A stretch of 60,158 nucleotides of DNA from Eubacteriales bacterium (GCA_045587745.1 JAZNCU010000027.1:1-60158); one strand, 5' to 3'. Shown: positions 26,501 to 38,281, counted from the first letter of the stretch. Translations and numbers: made by a program. The notes: a model not told the origin generated them from the letters alone.

Positions 26501-29065
26501 ATGGCACTTTCACCTCTGATGAAGCAATACCTTGAAATAAAGCAAAATCACGCCGACTGCATTCTTATGTGCCGAGTGGGAGATTTTTACGAGATGTTCT
26601 TTGAGGATGCCAAAACCGCATCGAGAGAGCTTGAGCTCGTTCTCACGGGCAAGGACTGCGGACTCCCTGAGCGTGCTCCTATGTGCGGAGTGCCTCATCA
26701 CGCCGTCGAATCGTATATATCAAAGCTCGTGTCACGTGGCTACAGGGTTGCTATCTGCGACCAGCTCGAGGATCCCGCTACCGCAAAAGGGCTTGTAAAA
26801 AGGGATATTACCCGTATTTTTTCGCCCGGCACGGTAACCGAGGGTTCCTGCCTCGACGAGCGTACCAACAACTTTATCTGCGCTATCTACGGAACGGCGC
26901 AGGGCTTTGGCGTGGCTTTTTCGGATATTTCAACGGGCGAGGTCTCGGCTACCGAGTTTTTGGGAAGCGGAGATTCCGACAGGCTCGTTTCGGAGGCGGC
27001 GGCATATTCTCCCAGCGAGATCATTTGCTCGGGAGGATTCCCTACCGAGCTGAGGCATAGTCTTGAGGAGCGCTTCGGCTCAAGGTTTACCGATGTTGAC
27101 CCCTCGTTCTTTGAGCCTGCAAAGGCAACCTTCCTCACCCGTGAGATTTTTGGCGAGAGCGGAGTCAGTGAGTACGATTTTGCAATGATTGCCGTCGGTG
27201 CGCTTGTTGCTTATATTTCGGAGACTCAAAAAACCGATCTTTCCTACCTTAAAAAGGTTGATTATTACTCCTGCGAGGAATATATGGGAATCGATTATTC
27301 CTCCCGCAGGAATCTCGAAATTACCGAGTCCCTTCGTGCAAAAACGAAAAAGGGCTCACTCCTCTGGGCTATCGACCGTACCAAAACAGGTGCGGGCGCA
27401 AGGCTTCTCCGCCGTCAGCTCGAGCATCCGCTTGTCAGCGAAAAGGCTATCCGTGCCAGGCTTTTGGCGGTTGGCGAGCTGTTTGAGGACGGAGTGGCAA
27501 GAGAGGAGATCCGTGAGCTGCTGAAGGGCGTTACCGATATGGAGAGGCTGACCACAAGGCTTGTGTTCGGTACCGCCAACGCACGTGACCTCAAGGCACT
27601 CGAAAAGACTATTGCCGTCCTTCCTGCAGTAAAGGAGATTCTCGCTTCCTTCAAAACACCTGCGCTGACGGCTCTCTACCGCTCGCTCGATACTCTTGAT
27701 GAAATCGGTGACGCTATTGCAAAAACGATTGACGACAACCCCTCGGCGCTTACACGTGAGGGCGGAATGATCAAAACGGGCTGTAACTCGGCGGTTGACG
27801 AGCTGAGAGATATGGTCACCAACGGCAAGGCGTGGATAGCAAAAATTGAGGAATACGAGCGTGAAAAGACGGGAATTAAATCCCTTAAAATAGGATATAA
27901 CCGAGTTTTCGGTTATTACATAGAGGTTTCCAAGAATTTTGCCGACAAGGTTCCTGCCGAATATATCCGCCGCCAGACTCTCACAAGCGGCGAGAGGTAC
28001 GTTACCGAGGAGCTCAAGGAAACTGAGAGCCGTGTTATCGGTGCAAGAGACAGGCTGTATGCTCTCGAGTTTGAGCTGTTTCAGTCGCTCCGCAGCTACG
28101 TTATTGAGGCTATCGACCGTATAAAAACCACCGCCGCCGCAATAGCACAGCTCGATGTTTTTTGCTCCAATGCAACTATTGCGAGGGAGCAGGGCTACGT
28201 TTGCCCCGAGGTCGATTGCTCGAGCGTTATCGACATCAAAAACGGCAGACATCCCGTTGTCGAGAGGTTTTTGGAGGGAAGCTATTTTGTACCCAACGAC
28301 TGCCATCTCGATTGCGATGCAAGCAGGCTTATGCTCATTACGGGCCCGAATATGGCAGGTAAATCCACCTATATGCGTCAGGTTGCGCTTATCACGCTTA
28401 TGGCGCAGGCAGGATGCTTTGTTCCTGCGAGCGAGGCGAGGATCGGTATTGCCGACAGTATTTTTACCCGTGTCGGCGCATCCGATGACCTTGCATCGGG
28501 CAACTCAACCTTTATGCTGGAGATGACTGAGGTTGCCGATATTCTCAAAAACGCTACCAAAAAGAGCCTTATCGTCTACGATGAGATAGGCAGAGGCACC
28601 TCGACCTACGACGGAATGAGCATTGCACGTGCCGTAACCGAGTATACGGCAGGTAAAATCGGCGCAAGAACGCTTTTTGCCACCCATTACCACGAGCTTA
28701 CCTCGCTTGAGGGTGAGCAGGCCGGGGTTGTAAATTACAATATTGCCGCCAAAAAGCGTGGAAACGACATTGTTTTTCTGCGTAAGATAGTAAAGGGCAG
28801 CGCCTCCGACAGCTACGGAATTGAGGTTGCTCACCTTGCAGGAGTACCTGCACCCGTTGTCAAAAGGGCAAAGGAGGTTCTTGCCTCACTTGCCGAAACG
28901 GGACCCGTTATTTACAAAAAAGCATCGACCGACGGGGACAACGTCAGCTTTGCCGATATCACGGAAGACCGTGTACTCGACAGGATTCGCTCGGTCGATA
29001 TCAATACACTCACACCCTACGAGGCGATAACGCTTTTGTATGAGCTTAAAAAGGAGCTTGATTAA
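26501..29065 (+). CDS. mutS: DNA mismatch repair protein MutS
   Basis: GDFYEMF, PMCGVP, TGPNMAGKSTYMRQ, DEIGRGTST and FATHYHEL. Confidence 0.97.
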   Translation: MALSPLMKQYLEIKQNHADCILMCRVGDFYEMFFEDAKTASRELELVLTGKDCGLPERAPMCGVPHHAVESYISKLVSRGYRVAICDQLEDPATAKGLVKRDITRIFSPGTVTEGSCLDERTNNFICAIYGTAQGFGVAFSDISTGEVSATEFLGSGDSDRLVSEAAAYSPSEIICSGGFPTELRHSLEERFGSRFTDVDPSFFEPAKATFLTREIFGESGVSEYDFAMIAVGALVAYISETQKTDLSYLKKVDYYSCEEYMGIDYSSRRNLEITESLRAKTKKGSLLWAIDRTKTGAGARLLRRQLEHPLVSEKAIRARLLAVGELFEDGVAREEIRELLKGVTDMERLTTRLVFGTANARDLKALEKTIAVLPAVKEILASFKTPALTALYRSLDTLDEIGDAIAKTIDDNPSALTREGGMIKTGCNSAVDELRDMVTNGKAWIAKIEEYEREKTGIKSLKIGYNRVFGYYIEVSKNFADKVPAEYIRRQTLTSGERYVTEELKETESRVIGARDRLYALEFELFQSLRSYVIEAIDRIKTTAAAIAQLDVFCSNATIAREQGYVCPEVDCSSVIDIKNGRHPVVERFLEGSYFVPNDCHLDCDASRLMLITGPNMAGKSTYMRQVALITLMAQAGCFVPASEARIGIADSIFTRVGASDDLASGNSTFMLEMTEVADILKNATKKSLIVYDEIGRGTSTYDGMSIARAVTEYTAGKIGARTLFATHYHELTSLEGEQAGVVNYNIAAKKRGNDIVFLRKIVKGSASDSYGIEVAHLAGVPAPVVKRAKEVLASLAETGPVIYKKASTDGDNVSFADITEDRVLDRIRSVDINTLTPYEAITLLYELKKELD

Positions 29066-30907
29066 GTGGGATTTATCAACATACTTGATACCGAAACAGC
29101 CAACCGAATAGCCGCAGGCGAGGTAGTTGAGCGCCCGTCGTCTGCAGTCAAGGAGCTTCTTGAAAACTCGCTTGATGCAGGCGCAAGGACTGTCACGCTC
29201 GAAATCAAGGATGGCGGAAGGAGCTTTATCCGTGTGAGCGATGACGGAAGCGGAATGCTCCGCGACGACGTGCCCAAGGCGCTGCTTCGCCACGCTACGA
29301 GCAAAACCGAGTGCGGAAGCGACCTTGTTGGTATACGCACGCTTGGATTCAGGGGCGAGGCGCTTGCCGCAATCGCTTCGGTTTCGAGGATGGAAATTAT
29401 CACCAAGCACCGAGACGAGGAGCTGGGAACGCTTCTCACCTCGGATGAAAACGGAGTTGTTATGTCCGACACGGGCTGCCCCGACGGCACTACCGTTATC
29501 GTGAGAGATGTTTTTTACAACACTCCCGCACGGCAAAAGTTCTTAAAGCGTGATGCAACCGAGGGTGCATCCTGCGTTGCCGTTGCCGAAAAGTTGGCGC
29601 TTTCCCGTACCGACGTTGCCGTTTCGGTTATAGTCGACGGTCAGAGGCGGTTTACCACTTCGGGCGACGGAAAGCTGTATAGCGCAATCTACTCGGTATA
29701 CGGCAGAGAGTTTGCAAAAAGCCTCGAAAAAATTGAGTACGAGCTAGAGGGCGTTTCGGTATACGGCTATGCTTCGAGAGCGGGCGAGCCGAGAGGAAGC
29801 CGTGCGATGCAGATGTTCTTCGTCAACGGCAGATACGTCAAGAGCCGTACGGTACAGGCGGCGCTCGAGGAGGCGTTCAGCTCCTATATTCCGAGAGGGA
29901 AATACCCTGCAGGCGTTATTTTCGTCAGCCTCAATCCCGATTTGATCGACGTAAACGTCCATCCTGCAAAAACCGAGATAAAATTCGCCTCCGAAAAGGA
30001 CGTTTTCCGTGCCGTTTACCACGCCGTGCACAATGCTTTGGCATCAGCTCCTGCGGTGGCTTACGATGAGCCCGAGAAAAATATTACCGGGCAGGACGAG
30101 GCATCGGTCGCAAAAGCCGTGCTCGAACTCGAGAGCAAAATGGCACACCGCCCGCCCGAGATACCCGCTTACACACCGCCCAAGAAGAGCTATCGTTCCT
30201 TTGATCCCACTCTCGGTGAGGAGGATATGCAGGCATCTCCTGCACCAATGACTCTTAGTGACAGCTGCCCCGTTCCCCAAAAATCCGAGCCGATATCTGA
30301 AATTACCGATACCGCCGAGGAGATAACGATTTTTGAGCAAAAGCCCGCTTACCGTGTTATCGGTCAGGCATACGATGCTTATATTTTTGTTCAGACAGAC
30401 AGCGAGATTCTCGTTATCGACAAGCACGCCGCGCACGAGCGCATCCTATATGAGGAGCTGCTCGCAAAAAAAGAGCTTCATACCCAAAAGCTGCTCTCGG
30501 GTATAACCGTCACCCTCACCTCGGAGGAGGCGGCAATCCTACTTGAAAACGCCGATTTTTTAGCCGAAAAGGGCTTTGAAACAGAGGACTTCGGTGAGGG
30601 AAGCATTATCGTGCGGAGCGTTCCGATGTCGCTTTCCAACACAAAAAATCTTGCCGATATACTCCAAAAATTCGCATCCGAGCTTACAAGCGGAAACGGA
30701 CTTTCGTTTGCCGAGCGTTGCGACCGGGCGCTCTATACCGTTGCCTGCAAGGCGGCGCTAAAGGCAGGAATCAAAAACAGCCCCGAGGATGATGCACGGG
30801 TTGTTGAGCTTCTTTTTGAGAACCCGAGTCTGCGTGTTTGTCCTCACGGCAGACCCTTTATATTTACTATTTCCAAAAGAGATATTGAAAAACGTTTTGA
30901 TAGGTGA
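29066..30907 (+). CDS. mutL: DNA mismatch repair endonuclease MutL
   Basis: IAAGEVVERP, LGFRGEAL, DVNVHPAK, DKHAAHERILYE, ACK and CPHGRP. Confidence 0.96.
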   Translation: MGFINILDTETANRIAAGEVVERPSSAVKELLENSLDAGARTVTLEIKDGGRSFIRVSDDGSGMLRDDVPKALLRHATSKTECGSDLVGIRTLGFRGEALAAIASVSRMEIITKHRDEELGTLLTSDENGVVMSDTGCPDGTTVIVRDVFYNTPARQKFLKRDATEGASCVAVAEKLALSRTDVAVSVIVDGQRRFTTSGDGKLYSAIYSVYGREFAKSLEKIEYELEGVSVYGYASRAGEPRGSRAMQMFFVNGRYVKSRTVQAALEEAFSSYIPRGKYPAGVIFVSLNPDLIDVNVHPAKTEIKFASEKDVFRAVYHAVHNALASAPAVAYDEPEKNITGQDEASVAKAVLELESKMAHRPPEIPAYTPPKKSYRSFDPTLGEEDMQASPAPMTLSDSCPVPQKSEPISEITDTAEEITIFEQKPAYRVIGQAYDAYIFVQTDSEILVIDKHAAHERILYEELLAKKELHTQKLLSGITVTLTSEEAAILLENADFLAEKGFETEDFGEGSIIVRSVPMSLSNTKNLADILQKFASELTSGNGLSFAERCDRALYTVACKAALKAGIKNSPEDDARVVELLFENPSLRVCPHGRPFIFTISKRDIEKRFDR

Positions 30908-32050
<1,143 letters not shown>

Positions 32051-32059
32051 GAGAAGGCT

Positions 32060-33391
32060 ATGGCAGGCTACGACAAGCTTGAAAATTTGCTCAGATACTA
32101 CGAGCTCAATCAGCTTTTTGAGGAGGGCAGGGATATTGACAAAGAGGCATATCTCAAAAAGCTGGATTCGTGCGTTGGCGACCGTGACAGGCTGATGGAG
32201 GTCTACGGCGAGCTCTGCGCTCTGCCGATGCGTGCCGACTATCGCTATGAAGAGCCGAGCGAGCTTTGCGAGATAGAGGCGGAGAGCGACTGCGCAGGCA
32301 TTACCGATGAGTATAAGGATATCGATATCGATTACTTCCACGGCGCTTGGCTTGGCAGATGCATTGGCTGTGCATTCGGTCAACCCTGCGAGGGCTGGAG
32401 CAGCGAGAACATCCGTGCCTGGTACAAAAACGCAGGAAAATATCCCATTACCTATTATTTCCCTTCCGCTTCGGGTGCGGACAGAAGGGATCACCCCTCC
32501 ACGGACGAGCAGATATGCGGAATGCCGCTTGACGATGACACTCGCTTTACGGTACTCAACTACCTTCTGTTAAAGCAAAAGGGATTAGATTTTGATACTT
32601 GGGACGTCGGAAGCCATTGGGTATGGAACCTTCCGATTCGGTTCGTTTGTACTGCCGAAACACAGGCTTATCTTAACTTTGTAAACGTTGACGGCTTTAC
32701 CCCCTGGCACAAGCCGGAAAACGCTATGGAAACGCTCAAAAAGGAAGGAATAAACACCTACCTCAATCCCTACCGTGAGTTTATCGGGGCGCAGATCCGT
32801 GCCGATGCGTTTGCGTACATCGCCGCAGGAAAGCCGCGTCTTGCCTCCCGTCTTGCACATACCGACGCATATCTTTCGCATATTAAAAACGGGATTTACG
32901 GCGAGATGTTCTTCGCCGCACTTATCAGCGCCGCCTTTACCGAAAAGGATGTGGATAAGTGCATTGACACAGCGCTTGCCGTCGTTCCAAAGAAAAGCCG
33001 CTTTTACGAGGAGATGCGGGAGGTAAGGGCTATTGCCGAGAGCGCAACCGACCGCAGCGTACTTATCGACACCCTCGTTGCGAGGGCAGGTGCCTATAAC
33101 TGGGTGCATACCATCAACAACGCCGCTTTCTGCCTTGGTGCAATAATTTTTGCAAAGGGGGATTTCCGTGAGGCGGTCACCCTTGCTATAGAATGCGGAT
33201 GCGACACCGATTGCAACGGTGCAACGGTCGGCTCGTTTATGGGCGCATTGCTTGGAGCACAGGGCATTCCCGAGGACCTTGCAAGCGCTATGAAGGACAA
33301 CTTCAGCGTTGGCATCTCGCCCTACGATAACTATTCGATGCTTGGCTTTGCAAGGGAGCTCAAGGAGCTTCATTCAAAGCTGAACAGTTAA
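32060..33391 (+). CDS. ADP-ribosylglycohydrolase family protein
   Basis: GAWLGRCIGC, DDDT, IGAQIRAD, SH..NGIYGE and DTDCNGAT.GS. Confidence 0.85.
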   Translation: MAGYDKLENLLRYYELNQLFEEGRDIDKEAYLKKLDSCVGDRDRLMEVYGELCALPMRADYRYEEPSELCEIEAESDCAGITDEYKDIDIDYFHGAWLGRCIGCAFGQPCEGWSSENIRAWYKNAGKYPITYYFPSASGADRRDHPSTDEQICGMPLDDDTRFTVLNYLLLKQKGLDFDTWDVGSHWVWNLPIRFVCTAETQAYLNFVNVDGFTPWHKPENAMETLKKEGINTYLNPYREFIGAQIRADAFAYIAAGKPRLASRLAHTDAYLSHIKNGIYGEMFFAALISAAFTEKDVDKCIDTALAVVPKKSRFYEEMREVRAIAESATDRSVLIDTLVARAGAYNWVHTINNAAFCLGAIIFAKGDFREAVTLAIECGCDTDCNGATVGSFMGALLGAQGIPEDLASAMKDNFSVGISPYDNYSMLGFARELKELHSKLNS

Positions 33392-33403
33392 AGGAGTACG
33401 TAT

Positions 33404-34537
33404 ATGAGCTTTACGAGGATATTTTTGCTTTCTATTGCGGTTTTGATGTGTATAGGAACGCTCTCGTCCTGCGGCGCAAGCGAGGAGCAGTCGTCCGAGG
33501 CTGTATCAAATGAGTCGTCCGAGGCTGTGTCCGAGGAGGAATCGAGCGAGCCCGAGGAGGTTTATCCCGAGTATTGGGGACATACCGAGTATGACCGCAC
33601 CGAGAATATCGGCGCTCCCGAGGAAATCACCTCCTATCAAACAAAAATCACCCGCAGGCCTACCGCAAGCGCCTGGGGCTACGTTTCGGAGTATATGTTT
33701 GAGTACAATACCGATGCTGGCAAGGTGTATATGACCTTCCACGAAACAAAATGGGGAACCTATAATATCGGTATGTGGTACCTCATCGATAGCAACGGTA
33801 AAAAGCATCAGATGGTCGAGGGATATACCGATTTTGAGTACGTGCATATAGCAAACGGCGTCTGGTCGGGTGGAAATCACGGCAACGAGGCGCTTATCTC
33901 CATCGATTTGTATAACGGCGAAACGGGCGAGAAGATCGAGCTGAAAAATGGCGAGTCGGTAGTTGTAAACGTGCTTCATATCATCGAGAAGACAAAGCTG
34001 CTCTCGCTTCCCAATCCTACCAGCGTGCGTGAGGATATTTCGGGCTGGACCGAGAATGATGTTTATGCCGAGGTTACCCGTAAATACACCGTTACGGGGC
34101 CGCAGGTCAAGCTCAACGTCGATTACCTGTTTGTAAAGGATACCCGTATGAACAGGTCGTACAACTGTATGTTCCCCGTGAGCAAGCAGTACGGACTGAC
34201 CTGCGAGATGTACGATGCCGAGGGAAATCTGCTGACCACCATCGAAACACCCAAGGAAAACTCCAACTTTAACGGTAATCACAATTCCGGTAACAAGGCG
34301 ACCCGTGCGGTCATCTACGGCTATGAAAAGCCCGAATACCGATTCCACGTTTATATCAACACAGTAGCCGATTCGGCGGACGGCTTCAAGGGCGATTACA
34401 AAACCGCATTCTGGGATATGAGCACCAGCAACAAGCTCTATTTCACCAAATTCAGTAACGGAAGCATCACTACCGTAAAGGAAGGAACCGAGTTCCATAC
34501 CGAGTGCGTGTGGGTATTTGAGTACGTTGCCGAATAA
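33404..34537 (+). CDS. Putative lipoprotein of unknown function
   Basis: Lipobox LSSC, Ser/Glu-rich repeated linker (SSEAVS twice), aromatic beta-rich domain; AAGGAG RBS. Confidence 0.7.
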   Translation: MSFTRIFLLSIAVLMCIGTLSSCGASEEQSSEAVSNESSEAVSEEESSEPEEVYPEYWGHTEYDRTENIGAPEEITSYQTKITRRPTASAWGYVSEYMFEYNTDAGKVYMTFHETKWGTYNIGMWYLIDSNGKKHQMVEGYTDFEYVHIANGVWSGGNHGNEALISIDLYNGETGEKIELKNGESVVVNVLHIIEKTKLLSLPNPTSVREDISGWTENDVYAEVTRKYTVTGPQVKLNVDYLFVKDTRMNRSYNCMFPVSKQYGLTCEMYDAEGNLLTTIETPKENSNFNGNHNSGNKATRAVIYGYEKPEYRFHVYINTVADSADGFKGDYKTAFWDMSTSNKLYFTKFSNGSITTVKEGTEFHTECVWVFEYVAE

Positions 34538-34545
34538 ACCCGAAT

Positions 34546-34593
34546 AAAACAGTAATGCCTGCTTTGAGCTACCAAAGCAGGCATTGTTTTTTT
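34546..34593. terminator. Bidirectional intrinsic terminator
   Basis: Stem AATGCCTGCTTTG / CAAAGCAGGCATT with a T-tract; lies between convergent operons. Confidence 0.85.
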
Positions 34594-35377
34594 ATTTCAA
34601 TTCACATATACCGCAGACGGCCGCAACCGCAAGCCGCATATCCCGTCCCACGGCTACGCCCTTTTCCTCAAGCCTTGCTTTTGCCTCGCCGAACGCAAGC
34701 TCGGGGCGGTTGTTTTCCTGGCTGAGGTGGGCAAGAATCACCGATTCGGTGCCATAGCTTGCGAGGTGGGGAAGAAGCTTTGAGCAATCTGCGTTTGAAA
34801 GATGTCCGTAGGAGCTCAGTATCCGCTCCTTTAAGTGCCTCGGATACGGGCCGCTTACAAGCATCCCGATGTCGTGATTCGATTCTATAACGATCCTTTT
34901 GCACCCTGACAGCGCACGCATAACTTTTTCGGTAAGACATCCGATGTCGGTAAAATAACCTATTATTTCATCGCCTGCCTTTATACGAAAGCCCACACTT
35001 CCGAGCGAATCGTGCGGTGTTTCCACCGAATATACCGCCGTTTCGTGTAGCTCGGTCACGCTTCCTTCTTTTGTCGGCAGGATCAGCTCGCAGGCATAAG
35101 GGCTTTTTTCGACAATACTTTCACAGCACGCCGGAGGTGCGTATATCGGGAAGGTAAAATGCTTGGTTAGCGTGTCAAGCCCCTTGATATGGTCGGAATG
35201 CTCGTGCGTGATAAACATAGCGGTTATATCCGAGAGCTCTACTCCTATCTGTGCCAGAGCGTTGCTTATCGCCCTTGCCGATACGCCTGCATCAATGAGA
35301 AGCTTGTCCCTGCCGTTTTCGATATACGTGCAGTTCCCCTTGGAGGATGAAAACAGAGTAAAAATTCTTGCGGACAT
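34592..35377 (-). CDS. MBL-fold metallo-hydrolase (YycJ/WalJ-like)
   Basis: SSSKGN, THEHSDHIKG, ESNHD, GHLSN and LAHLSQENN. Confidence 0.9.
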   Translation of the reverse strand: MSARIFTLFSSSKGNCTYIENGRDKLLIDAGVSARAISNALAQIGVELSDITAMFITHEHSDHIKGLDTLTKHFTFPIYAPPACCESIVEKSPYACELILPTKEGSVTELHETAVYSVETPHDSLGSVGFRIKAGDEIIGYFTDIGCLTEKVMRALSGCKRIVIESNHDIGMLVSGPYPRHLKERILSSYGHLSNADCSKLLPHLASYGTESVILAHLSQENNRPELAFGEAKARLEEKGVAVGRDMRLAVAAVCGICELK

Positions 35378-35380
35378 ATA

Positions 35381-36667
35381 TCAGCCCTTAATGCCTTCTT
35401 CGGTTATAACAGCCGCACCGTACGGTCTGATCGAAAGCAGGAAGCAGGATCGTTTCCCGAATACCGACTCGATCTCGTTTATGTATTCCTCGGCACGGTT
35501 AGTGGGGATGTACGCCTGAATCGTACCCGCAAATCCGCCGCCGTGAACACGGCATATTGCACCGAAACGCTCGGTTATGGCAAGCGCAAGCGAGATACCC
35601 TGCTCGGCAGGATTCTGGTTTGTATATACGTTTTGCAGGAATTTGAACGAGGAGTTGCCCGACTCACGTACCAAAGCGAGATAATCGTCAAAGCGGTCTT
35701 CGAGCAAAGCCTCTCTCTGCTTGTTTACCCGATTGTTTTCGGCAAAATAATGCATTGCACGCAAAATTGCACGGTCACCCACTATGGAGCGCAGATATGA
35801 AATCCTGTTCATAAAATCCTGCTCGTTGCAAAGACGGAGCACCGATTTGCCCATAAGTGCGGCAACCGATTTCATCTCGCCGGGTACGGATGCATAGTCG
35901 TCGGTAAGGTCGGCGTGGTTGCCGCCCGTATTGACTATGCAAAGCGTATAGCCCTGCTTTGCAAGGTCAAAATCGATTTTTTCGGAAACAACATCCTCAC
36001 TGTCGGCAAAGTCGATATAAAGACATCCGCCCGAAGCGCAAGCCGCCTGATCCATCAGACCGCAGGGCTTGCCGAAGTATACGTTCTCGGCGTATTTTCC
36101 TGCCTTTGCCATCTCCATCGGAGTCACCTTGCCGTCGCAGTAGAACTCCGAGAATATCTTGGCGCACATAACCTCAAACGCCGCAGAGCTCGAAAGCCCC
36201 GAGCCTGTCATAACGTCGCTGGTCGTATAAGCAACAAAACCGCCGCTGCTAAAGCCGTGTTTATTAAAATAATCGCTTATTCCCGCAAGCAGAGATGCCG
36301 AGCTTCCCTTGCGTACGGAGCTCGGGTCGGGGTTGGAGATATCCACTACGTCCTCTCGGTAGCCCTCGCTCTTCATCCTTACGACCGAGCCGGAGATGGG
36401 AGCCGCAATAGCGATAATATCTATATCAACGCTTCCGGCAAGCACGCATCCGCTGTTATGGTCGGTATGATTTCCCGAAAGCTCTGTCCTACCGGGAACT
36501 GAGAACATCGAAACCTCGTATTCCGAGCCGTACATCTCGTCAAAGCATCTTGCAAGACGGATAAAGCGCTCACGCTTTTCGACTATATTCGACGTGGGGT
36601 AAAGCTTGGCAAATATGCCGTCATAATCACCTGCGCCGAGCTTTTCGATAAGTTGGTTTACGTTCAT
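35381..36667 (-). CDS. galK: Galactokinase-family GHMP kinase
   Basis: PGRTELSGNHTDH, GSGLSSSAAFE, CGLMDQ and RVHGGGFAG. Confidence 0.85.
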   Translation of the reverse strand: MNVNQLIEKLGAGDYDGIFAKLYPTSNIVEKRERFIRLARCFDEMYGSEYEVSMFSVPGRTELSGNHTDHNSGCVLAGSVDIDIIAIAAPISGSVVRMKSEGYREDVVDISNPDPSSVRKGSSASLLAGISDYFNKHGFSSGGFVAYTTSDVMTGSGLSSSAAFEVMCAKIFSEFYCDGKVTPMEMAKAGKYAENVYFGKPCGLMDQAACASGGCLYIDFADSEDVVSEKIDFDLAKQGYTLCIVNTGGNHADLTDDYASVPGEMKSVAALMGKSVLRLCNEQDFMNRISYLRSIVGDRAILRAMHYFAENNRVNKQREALLEDRFDDYLALVRESGNSSFKFLQNVYTNQNPAEQGISLALAITERFGAICRVHGGGFAGTIQAYIPTNRAEEYINEIESVFGKRSCFLLSIRPYGAAVITEEGIKG

Positions 36668-37173
36668 TGCTGTTTCCTTTCCTCAATGGATTCAATCTCG
36701 CATATATAAACCGTGTGGTAGTCGCCATTGTACCATTTTTCGATAGCGGGATCGACAAAGCATTTGGGATCGAGCCTTCCGCAGTACAGCTTTTTGCCGT
36801 AGATGATCCTGCTCGCCTCGTTAAAGCCCACTCTGCCGTCACGCAGGAACGCAGTCAACCCCGACTCGGCTATTTTGTCGCAGTCGCGACCGCTTTTAGT
36901 TCCGCAAATTTTAAGAGCGTTGCGGTATTCCTCCCCAAAAAACGACAGCGAAATATATTCGCTCTCCTCGGTAAACTCGTGAGTATATCTCTGCGGACGG
37001 ACAAAGCATATAAATACCTGCTTGCCCCAAAGCACGCCGAGAGTACCCCAGCTTGCCGTCATCGTGTTGATGCTTCCGTCCTTTTTGGCTGCCGAAACGA
37101 GCATCCAGCCGTTTCCTATCTCGTCAAAAATTCTGGTGGAAAAATCGGGATTGTCAATACGTTCAAAAGCCAT
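36664..37173 (-). CDS. Flavin reductase-like (split-barrel) protein
   Basis: NTMTASWG, VRPQRYT, CGTKSGRD.DK and DYH..YI.EI; GGAGG RBS before ATG 37173. Confidence 0.85.
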   Translation of the reverse strand: MAFERIDNPDFSTRIFDEIGNGWMLVSAAKKDGSINTMTASWGTLGVLWGKQVFICFVRPQRYTHEFTEESEYISLSFFGEEYRNALKICGTKSGRDCDKIAESGLTAFLRDGRVGFNEASRIIYGKKLYCGRLDPKCFVDPAIEKWYNGDYHTVYICEIESIEERKQQ

Positions 37174-37192
37174 AGCGTGTCCTCCCAAAGGG

Positions 37193-38281
37193 TTAGTGGT
37201 TTAGTGCGTAAAAGAATATATCCCAGGCGGGAATATATTTCTTTTTGCGAAAATAGTATTTGTATTTATTGCCAAAGCGTATCAGCATCATGGGAATTTC
37301 AAAAATATCGCCTGCCCGATGATATACTGCCACGCACACGTTGCTCTTACAGCACCAAAGAGTGTTTGCGCTTCCGCACAGCACCCTTTCGTCCTCCCCC
37401 TCGGCATCGATCTTTATTGCCGAAACGGGAGCGCCCTCCGCACCGATATGCAAAAACCCCGTTGCGTTATCAATGCTTTCGGTCTCGGCAGTGTGACCGC
37501 CGTCTCCGATATGGCTTCCTCTGCCTTTTCCTCCGCCAAACGTCACCAAACGAGGCTTATCGGATGCACATTTGTTAATAAGCTGTATGTTTTTGAGGCT
37601 TTGGGTATTTTTTTGGAGCTGAAGGAAGGTTTTTTTGTCGGGCTCAAAGGCGATTATTCCGCCGCAGTGCGGATTCCGAGCCGTATACTCGGCAACCGTA
37701 TCACCGTTATATGCCCCTACGTCCACAAAAATTCCGCCGCCGACAAAATATTCCTCGGGAGCCTCTTCCGCTTGCGGCCCAAACTCAAGCAGTGAAATGT
37801 CGCCTGTAATATTATATTCAAGCACGGAAAAGAAAATATCCCTCGAAAGCTCGTCGGCAAGCAAATCGGAAATCCTCTTTATTTCCTCGCGGTGTGCAAG
37901 AATAAACTCCCTGTCGCAAGCACCGCCTCCGATTACAGGCAGGTTTGGCGAGATGAGCAGATGCTTTTTTGCAAGGGAGGGTAAAATGTCAGCCTTGTCT
38001 CCCTCGAGACCAAAGCAAACTACCAGACACAGCTTTCCGTGCTTTGCCTCGGCATCGCTCACCGAAATCACGCTGTGACCTAAAAAGCTCTGTCCGCGAA
38101 CAAATCCGTCGGATGCAACTACGCCGTCAAAATGCACGCCCTGCTCGGTAAGGTAGGCAAAAATCTTTTCTGCACCGTCGCCCATTCCGTACAGGAAGGT
38201 AGGCAGCCCGCTGCTTTTGATTCTTTCGGCATAAGGAACGAGACTTTGGATGCCGTCTATAAACCGCTCCGCTCTCGTCAC
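37193..38281 (-). CDS. FkbM family SAM-dependent methyltransferase
   Basis: FVDVGAYNGD, IAFEPD, IKIDAEG and VAVYH; N-terminal Rossmann-like YGMGDGA domain. Confidence 0.85.
   Translation of the reverse strand: MTRAERFIDGIQSLVPYAERIKSSGLPTFLYGMGDGAEKIFAYLTEQGVHFDGVVASDGFVRGQSFLGHSVISVSDAEAKHGKLCLVVCFGLEGDKADILPSLAKKHLLISPNLPVIGGGACDREFILAHREEIKRISDLLADELSRDIFFSVLEYNITGDISLLEFGPQAEEAPEEYFVGGGIFVDVGAYNGDTVAEYTARNPHCGGIIAFEPDKKTFLQLQKNTQSLKNIQLINKCASDKPRLVTFGGGKGRGSHIGDGGHTAETESIDNATGFLHIGAEGAPVSAIKIDAEGEDERVLCGSANTLWCCKSNVCVAVYHRAGDIFEIPMMLIRFGNKYKYYFRKKKYIPAWDIFFYALNH

Noticed and set aside
30418-30455. MutL endonuclease motif DKHAAHE instead of DQHA
   Set aside because: The metal ligands, ACK and CPHGRP are intact; this looks like a tolerated variant, not inactivation.
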